This document shows, piece by piece, positions 56,101-64,000 of a stretch of DNA of 64,000 nucleotides. The translations under genes and the position numbers were made by a program. The DNA lies in assembly GCA_047495785.1 (NCBI GenBank), contig JBLDXI010000019.1, positions 2,418,001 to 2,482,000 of the forward strand. The letters are read 5' to 3'. The notes under the pieces were generated by a model. That model saw only the letters and a program-made list of their open reading frames with translations. It had not been told where the DNA came from and searched no databases. Source of the DNA: Lepidodermella squamata. Taxonomy: Eukaryota > Animalia > Gastrotricha. How positions within the stretch are numbered: the stretch's first letter is position 1; each line of letters begins with the position of its first letter.

Positions 56101-58777
56101 GCCGCCTCCAGCCCATCAACATTCGACACCAGAACCGCATGCGGAATCTCGGGCGGCCAGTCGCAGTCCGGCTCAGACAACTTACAACTCGGCGGCGCCG
56201 ACCACTTGCCATCCGGCTGGCAAATCACCGTCGCATTGCCCACCGCCGAATACTTTTCATTACACAAATACTTCACCGCATCGCCGACTACGGCCGCGCG
56301 GTTCCGGTACAACTGCCACCCAGTCGCGTGGGCCACATCCGGCGGCGCCCCACACGATATCGGCGCCGCTGTGGTCGGGAACGTCCGCGCCTTGGTTGTA
56401 ACCACCCTTGGCGCCAGGGTCGTTTTCGGCCCATCCGCGGCACACGCGAAATTCGGATCCCCGCGCCACACCCCGTCGTCGCAGCACACCACCGTCGCAT
56501 TGCCGACAGGTTGGTGATTCTCAACGCAGAGATACGTCGCAGGCGCCCCGGGCTCGGTCGACCGCACTATCACAATCGCGTTCTCAACCTGCGGCGGCGG
56601 GTTTTTGCATTGCGTGACGCCTAATAACTGCGACCCGCCCAGGGAAGCGCCTCTCATTTGCTGCAATTTCCGGCTGCACATGTAATCCGGCTTCTCCCAG
56701 GTGCCGTCGGGCAGACACCGGATATGCGCCCGGTTACCCTCGCCGAAAAACCCTTGCCTGCAAATGTAGAAGGCGACGGAGAATGGCTCAGTGCTTGAAT
56801 AAACGACTTGAGCGTTTTCAACCTCCGGCAATTTATTGTCGCATAGCCGGTACATACCGCCGCACCTGGGTAGCTGGTCTGACCAGCGCCCGGCGAGGCC
56901 GCACGTGATCGTGTCATTGCCCATGAGGTAGTAGCCCAAGTCGCATTTGTAACGAACCGCGTCGCCGAAAACTGCGGTTTTTCGGTTAGTGTCGTAGAGC
57001 GGGATGGCGGTTGCGAATGAGACGGTGGGCGGTAGGCCGCAGTTCGAATCGACGTGTTCGCATTTCGGCGCCTGCGACCACGTGCCGTTGCTTTGGCAAA
57101 CGACTAGGCTGTAGTTTGAGTTTAGGTTCGAATTCGGGGCCAGCGCGAAACCGGGTTCGCATGAGAATTTAACCACGGTCCCAGTGTCGGCCCGGGTGAC
57201 TTCCGGGGTGAACAGGGCGTTTTCGACGGACGGCGGCGGGCCGCAGAATACGGTTGCTTCGCATGTTGGGACCTGGGACCATTTTTGGTCAGGATTGCAG
57301 CGCACCCGGTTTGGGCCGACCATGCGGTAGGATTCGCGGCATTCGAATTCGATGGTGTCGCCTAGTAGGCCGTTAACCCGGGCGCCGGTTGGCTGGTAAT
57401 TGACAATGACTGCATTCGAAACCTAAACAAAAAACCGAAATTATTCAATTTTTTAAACAAATTTAAAAAATATTCGGAAAAAATTATTCAAAAATTTAAA
57501 AAATTTAAAATCTCCTCACAGTCTCTTAATTTAGCAATAAGTATAAAATTACCGCGGTTTTACGTGAAATTTGAAATTTACGAGAAAAAACCCGTTCGGT
57601 AATTTTCGGTATTTTAACCGGTCTAACCGATTTTTCTTTCCTGTTTAACAAGTTTTAGAAATAATCAACGGCATTCGATGGCATTTGAATCCTTTTCTGA
57701 TCCCATTTTCGAATTTTTCCCGTTTTCTTCATTGGTTGGGCCGCATTTCAAGGCTGAAACTGAAAATAAGGAAAAAATGTGCCCAGCTTGAAGCGGAAAA
57801 CGTGTCCTGGAATTCCGGATCCTTTGGTAATTGGCGCCAGGAGGAATTTATCAATTTTTCAAATGATTTTATGGATGCGATGGGTGAAATTTCAAAAGTC
57901 TATCATGATCCAAGCAGCCTAATTTTTGAGAAATTTAGCAGACAATATTGCAAAACTCGGGATTTCGGGAAACAATTGGAACTTTACATTATGCAGTTAA
58001 GTTTCCAATTATAGCAATTTTATTGATTTTTTCGGATTTTTTCGAAAATTTGAGAGTTTTTGCTTTGGGTGCCTTGGAGGAGACAATCAGTTCGATTTAA
58101 TTGAATTTCAATATTTGCATGTTTTTCTCATTAGAATTCAAATAGAATCCAGTTAAATTCTGATTAAATTTTTCTTCAACCAACCTGAGGAATCGGTCCG
58201 CAAGACGGCGTAGGTTGCTGCGTGGGTTTAACCCTCACAATTTCATTTTCATCATGTACAACCGCATGAACCATGAACAACTTGCGACTAGGCTGGCTCT
58301 TCAAAGTCACGCGACCATTCGACTCCATGTACTGCGCAATTTCATCCTTCGTGAACTGCTGGGCTAGACACGTGTGCAGCACGTGGTTCTTGTGGTGATG
58401 CGACGCCCCGACCCCGGTTATAAACGCAACAGACCCGGTACTTTCGCGATGCTCGTAGAACACCCCAAAAACATCGCCGGCTTTCGCGCGAATGCGCTCG
58501 GGCTTGTCGATTTTGAACCGCAAAGCGCCGACCTTACTCGCGTTGACCTCGTTGTAGCCGATCAGCTGGAAGCCGGTCGGTTCGATTTGCCGCCATACTG
58601 ATAGGTAGATGGGCGAGCCGTCGTCGCTGGTCGAGAAGAAGTTCCACTCCTGAATTTCGCCGTTGCATGGCATTTTTTGCGTCGGGCAAATGTTCAGCCA
58701 GTTGGCCCAGTACTGCACGTTTGAGGGCTCGAATTGCCGGATCAGCCATAAATCACCCATTTCGCATAATGAAGACA
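47103..58777 (-). CDS. Large multi-exon extracellular protein: about 21 Sushi/CCP modules, a LamG/pentraxin-like domain and a duplicated uncharacterised domain; 5' exon(s) not located
   Basis: Exons approx. 58777-58185, 57422-56006, 54770-54318, 53389-51644, 51420-51223, 51151-50801, 50748-50576, 50515-50339, 50284-50137, 49781-48381 and 47430-47103, with GT-AG ends; repeated C.PP..NG...Y.C..GY.L.G....C...G.W....C. Confidence 0.88.
54023..54093 (+). tRNA. tRNA-Gly(CCC)
   Basis: GCGCCGC acceptor stem, CAAGA-TTCCCAT-TCTTG anticodon arm, GGTTCGACTCC T-arm, T6 terminator; intronic and antisense to the Sushi gene. Confidence 0.95.
55727..55797 (+). tRNA. tRNA-Gly(GCC)
   Basis: GCATCGGTGGTTCAGTGGTAGAATTCTCGCCTGCCACGCGGGAGGCCCGGGTTCGATTCCCGGCCGATGCA followed by T5; canonical metazoan sequence. 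Confidence 0.97.
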
Positions 58778-60271
58778 CTGAAATAAAAAAGTCATTGAAT
58801 CAGAAAAATTCAGAAAATTTCGGAATAATATTTTCTAATTTACAAAATTAATTTATGATAGGAATCTTCATAATAAAAATTCGGGACAATTTTATTCAAA
58901 TTTATGCAAATTTAAATGTTTGAATATTTAAAAATACATCAGTTTCAAGTTTTTCGATTCCGTTTCTACATTTATTCAAATTTATGCAAATTTCCCAAGT
59001 TTTTTACTTCCGATTTCTTTTTTACAGAGAATGATTATTATTCATTTTCCTGTGTCACATAATATCGGCAAAATTTTTGACAAAAGAATCAATATAATTA
59101 AATTCCGAGCGGCAAAACATGCGCCAATATTCAGATCGATTTCTGCGTCTTGTGAATGACATTTGCAGCCCAAGTTACTCCATCGTCAAATAAATATTAT
59201 TACGCTGATTTATGTACCACTTATCAGATGATTTTTATAATTTTTTTACAATTTTTTCTGAGTCATCAAAATATTATTTCTCGAGTTCATATTTCGGGTC
59301 ATTACACACGGTCAACGTCCGTGATTTTGGAATCGCTAAGCAACTAAATTTTCTCAGCAATTTTCTTCACTGCTAAATAAAATAATGAACGAATTAGTCA
59401 GCTTCCTTGAATAATCTAGAGCTCTTAATTCTGAATAGACGCCGATGTTTACAACACACCCAGTCATGCTCTACGCAACTTGTGGGATTTCCGGCATAAT
59501 ATTTTCGATCGATGCGTATAGCGTTATACACCAGGAAAGAACTTGCGTGACACCTCGCCCGCGCGCGTAAAAATTATATTATACAAAATACCAGGCGCAG
59601 TGCCTCTTCTGCGCAATTTGGCTCGAAGCCGCGGCCGAAAAGTAAACGCAAGGCTCTCTATAAAATTTGTTTACACCACCTTTTCGTCGTCGTCGTTGCG
59701 AGAGTTCAGTTTTTTGTCCAGAGCTTATGTTATTATAATAAATCTGTCAATATTTGCCGTCGAAGCGCGCAGTTTGTTATCGGCACACCGAAATTCGCGT
59801 GGCTTTGTGGCCACCTTCTTAAAAACTATTCGATCCTAGGTGCGCAATATTATGCGATGTGTGTTGTATATATTAAAAATTTATCGCGCACGCAAAGCGG
59901 CTTTTTTATTGCTCATCATCATCGTCTATATAGATCGCAATGCAATATTAACCACCTTGCCCGCCTTTTGTGCCTCCTCTTGTCGGAAAAAAAACAAAAC
60001 ACGACGTAAGACCGCAAGCGCAATATTGGCGCTGGTTTTATTGCTAAAAAATTTCACGGTTTTTCCGTGTTAAATTAAACAGACCACCAACGCGTTTTTC
60101 TGGCGGCTAAAAATGCTTTTGTCACTAAGAAGTAAACAATTAATTTTTCATATTTGCGCAAGAAAAAACTGACTAAACGCTGCCTTAACGAAGCCACTGT
60201 CCTCGAATTGAGCCCAATTCTCATTTTTATAGGTGGTATTTATCAAAGAGGAATGTTCAAGTTATCGTAAA

Positions 60272-61800
60272 ATGTATCTAGTGGAGGAGGAAGAGCCGGT
60301 TCTAACCGACCGATACGTGACGCTGAGGGTCGCCCTGGGCGATGGCGGCGGCGGCTCACCCTTCTTTCAAAAACCGGAGTTTTTCAATCAAGGCGCAAAA
60401 ATCAGCAACGGCATGGCGACATCACGCGGAGTTCTGCCGTCTAATAGTAACTTGGTTCCAATTGTCTTAAATTCAGCAAATTCAACCTCAACGATGCTCG
60501 ACGAGAAATCAATGCCGGTGTTCGCGTTGTCTTGCGCGCTATTCGGCATAATTTCGATAGGCATTCTCGGCACTTGGATCATTATTATTCACACGTTTTT
60601 CGCCGACTGTTGCCGGCGCAAATGGCGCCGGTACCAGCGGCGGCGGAAGCAGGCAAAAAGACGCGTCACCCTGGCCGAGGCGCAAAAGCAACAGCAGTTG
60701 TACTACTATCAAGCGATAGGTGATTCGGAAGATATCGAGCGGCGGAAACGGACCAGTTTGATAATAGCGGCACCGACTACGGTTGGCGGCATTTTAGCGG
60801 CGCAGGCGCAACACGCGGCGCTGGAACCGAACGCGCCGCCGATGATTCCAGTGCCGGTTAGTGATAAAATGAAACGCAAACTGCTGCTGCAAGACAGCTG
60901 GACTATCGATGAAAGCGACACGGAGGAGGGCGAGCCGTTGAATGAGGAGGACGAGTTGGAGCAGTATCGCAATATTCAAAATAATATATCAAGGAGGACT
61001 AGTTATAGCAGCCAACAATCAAACACTGGTAAGTCCAAGTTTTAACTTCAAAATTTTGAAAAAAATTAAAAAATTGAATAAAAAATTAAATTACCTTAAA
61101 ATTAACCATTTTTAGCTTTGACTTAATAATTTTGATTATTCATCATTAATTAATTGAATTTATTTGAAAATTCTTTGCGGATTTACTACTTCACCAGGGT
61201 GGGCGATACAACAAAAGCATTTAAAACTTAAGAGGCGCCGGTTTATTAGGCGGAAATTAGTACTGCGCATTCAAAATTCAAGCCTAAAGGCCCCGAATAA
61301 TTCCGAAAAAATTGCAAAAAATATAATATAATCAAAAACTTACAAAAAATGTTTAATTGTCCATATTTCTTGCAGTTAATCGGTTCAGTACAACGTCTGG
61401 TAACGAATCAAGCTCAAATAACACAGCCGGCGCGAAACGGCCGTCGACCAATGTGTTAACAGATCTCATAGCTGGAACGCTACCCCTCGTAACCTCATCG
61501 GCCGTGATCGCTATGCACGCTAAGCCCTACCAACCACAACCTGCTCTACACCGCGAATCATCCGCCCCAAATCAAACTACGCTAGCAGCAATTTTTAAAC
61601 AGCCATCACTTGACCCAGCTTCAAAGCGAAGTGTTAATGAGTTGCCTGATTTGCCGCCGCCGCCCGGCCCGCAGCAGGTCATCCTGCCGCGGCCCCGGGC
61701 TCCTAAATTAGGCCGCTGTGTGCCGACAGTCACTATCGAAGACTACGACGCAGATTGCAGTGTCAGCTCGCCTGATCGCGGTCGCGTCGATTTCGTTTGA
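60272..61800 (+). CDS. Single-pass membrane protein of unknown family (coding exons 60272-61028 and 61376-61800)
   Basis: Acceptor at 60231-60232 upstream of the ATG; TM VFALSCALFGIISIGILGTWIIII followed by CCRRKWRR; in-frame G|GTAAGT...TTGCAG|TT junction; disordered Pro/Ser-rich tail. Confidence 0.75.
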
Positions 61801-64000
61801 AATGCGCGAATAATCTAACTTAATTTTTGTTATGTGAAATCGCTACTCATTAGATTTGCTAAAAATTGAACGACGACTAATGTGACTCGACTCGACAGAC
61901 CAAATAATAAAAATGATGCAAAACTGTTGATAAAAATAATCACAAACCTTGACTTGTTAAAGTGGAGGCGATGATTAGCAGGTAAATATATGAAACCGGG
62001 CAGTTTTTACTGGACGAGGGCTGCTGATTAGGGGCTCGATTCGCGCCCCTTCGTCTCGGCATCAGCATATCAATGATGAAGATTCGATTGGAGCAATAAG
62101 CAGTAGGTGAGACTTTGTTCTTTAAAAAACACGACGAGATAATGTGAAGACGTTAAAAATGTTGTCGTTGCCGGTTTTTAATAAAATTTACAACCAGGTA
62201 ATATCTCGTACATTTAAAACACGTGCTTATCCTAGACAATCAGGAATACAATCAGTGTGGCGAAAATTCTAGGGCAATTAGAGTCGCTGATGATGATGAT
62301 GGACGCTTTGTCGAGCGTGATCGGTCGGTGAATTTTTGACAAACAGTCAAGTTGAGTGGTAAACAATCGGTGGCTTAATAAACAAATTAAAAACGCAGAG
62401 TCGCTTTTTTGGAGGCGGCGAAAATGCGCGCGTCGATTGCGCGCACATCGTGTGACCACAACCACTACACAATAACTGTGGGGTCAATTAAATTTCGCAC
62501 ATCATCGGCAAACACGCGCACCTTTTGCGCGCGCACCCCCCTCCACCTTAATAATAAAACTATTATCGCCATATTATGAGCGCCGAGTATCTCTTGTTTT
62601 TGCAGCAGCAGCTGTTGATTGCCGAGCTGAGGCGTGGAATGTGCGCGCTTTATTTGCGCTTCTTCGAAATATAAGATGGCAAAATTTTTCGTTAAATGTC
62701 GCTAAAATGGCTATTTGCTCGGCGACCCCGCACACTCGTAAATCAGTAGTGTTGACACTGTGTGTTCGTATCATCGTATCATATCATCGCGATACTAACC
62801 TTGCACACGGGTGTTGCGCGCGCGCGCAGCAGCAAACATTGTCACACACTTTACTTTGTCATGGAACTCATCAGCCTTAATTTTAATAGGTAGCTCAGCT
62901 AATAGGAATATTCAGCGCGAATACACATTTGCACGTTCAAGGTCAAGCTGATGGCGCTGAACATTTTAATATTAAGCTGGACATGGCAAAAACCAACACT
63001 TAACAACGGACCGGATGACGTATAAATTGAGGTATCATCATCATCACCACCACCACCACCAACGTATAGTGGTGAAGATGCGCCCATGATAATTTGAAAA
63101 TTGCGCACATTATTTGACAACGGCGCCGGTTTTGACAGCATCATCGCAGCGCGCAGAAAATTCGAGTCGTCGTCGTCTCGTCGCGTTTTATCAGCCGACG
63201 TTTTTATAGACGCTCAACATGATGATGATGAGCGTTACACATTGTCCAGGTGATCATCGCCGTTGTTTTAACTACGTGGTCAAGTATCGCGCGCGCATGC
63301 CGACTTTTCAGTGAGAGAGACCGCAAAAGCGAGCTGCTGGGTTTCATTGTTTGCGAACAACTTGCTCATTCCCAGGCCGTGGCTGTTATTGTGAATTTAG
63401 TCGTCGAAATTGTCGAAGCAAACATGACCTAAAAATTAGTGCACGCCCATAAGCCTGGATGCAGCCTTGTCGTAATTAGGTCACGACACAACATTCCAGG
63501 TCACATTACACGAGTTATTGCAAATTAATTAAAACGCTAATACCTTCAGCCGAATGCAAATTATTACAAATTTTCGCCTTGTTTGCTGAATAAAATAAAT
63601 TTAGGATATATTCGGGAAAATGGAAAATGAAATGAAAATAATAAAATGAAGGAAAAGAGAAGTGGGAATGGCGGAGAAAATTTACGAAATCCTCGAAAAA
63701 AATGGGAAAATATTCACATTAAATTTTGTTAATTTCGAAGTCTCAACGGTTGTTTTCCACTGATTTTTTCAATTTTTTCACGATGTTTCATTAAAAAATC
63801 GATTTCGCTGTTTCGCTTCAAATTTATTTTTATTTCCTATTTATTTTTCTCAAATCGACAACACGCATCAAGTAAACAAACAAGTTACACAATAGCTACG
63901 GTAATTTTTCGTGTCATTTTTTTTCGCTGAGCAATAAAACGAAAGGCTATCATGACCGCCAATCGTAGACGATATTTCACATCATCATTCATCCATAGCT

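Noticed and set aside
48412-58851. Many Arg-rich + strand and alternate-frame ORFs
   Set aside because: Shadow ORFs of GC-rich Sushi exons
61801-64000. Short ORFs at 62232-63432
   Set aside because: No recognisable domains or consistent splice structure

Overview
Eukaryotic (invertebrate-animal-like) genomic DNA with spliceosomal introns; no prokaryotic features or CRISPR. From ~5.1 to 33 kb there is a dense same-strand receptor array. It has four GABA-B-like class C GPCR genes with intronless CDS (the fourth split by an 856-bp CACTA/EnSpm-type element carrying a tRNA-Gly-derived sequence), followed 112 bp later by five divergent cation-type Cys-loop channel subunit genes that lack the canonical agonist pocket. 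A full-length intact LINE, with ORF1 and ORF2 in frame across one TGA, sits upstream of the fifth channel gene, and a TE-associated rearrangement truncates that gene. Next come two mucin/GPI-like paralogs, a 5.2-kb stack of nested non-autonomous DNA transposons, an intronless double-domain dCMP-deaminase-like gene (inactive plus active domain), a large minus-strand multi-Sushi/CCP plus LamG-like gene with two intronic tRNA-Gly genes, and a single-pass membrane protein gene. The best candidate for an undescribed system is the joint GPCR-C/orphan Cys-loop array, a putative lineage-specific chemosensory locus. All calls were made by eye, with no database searches.
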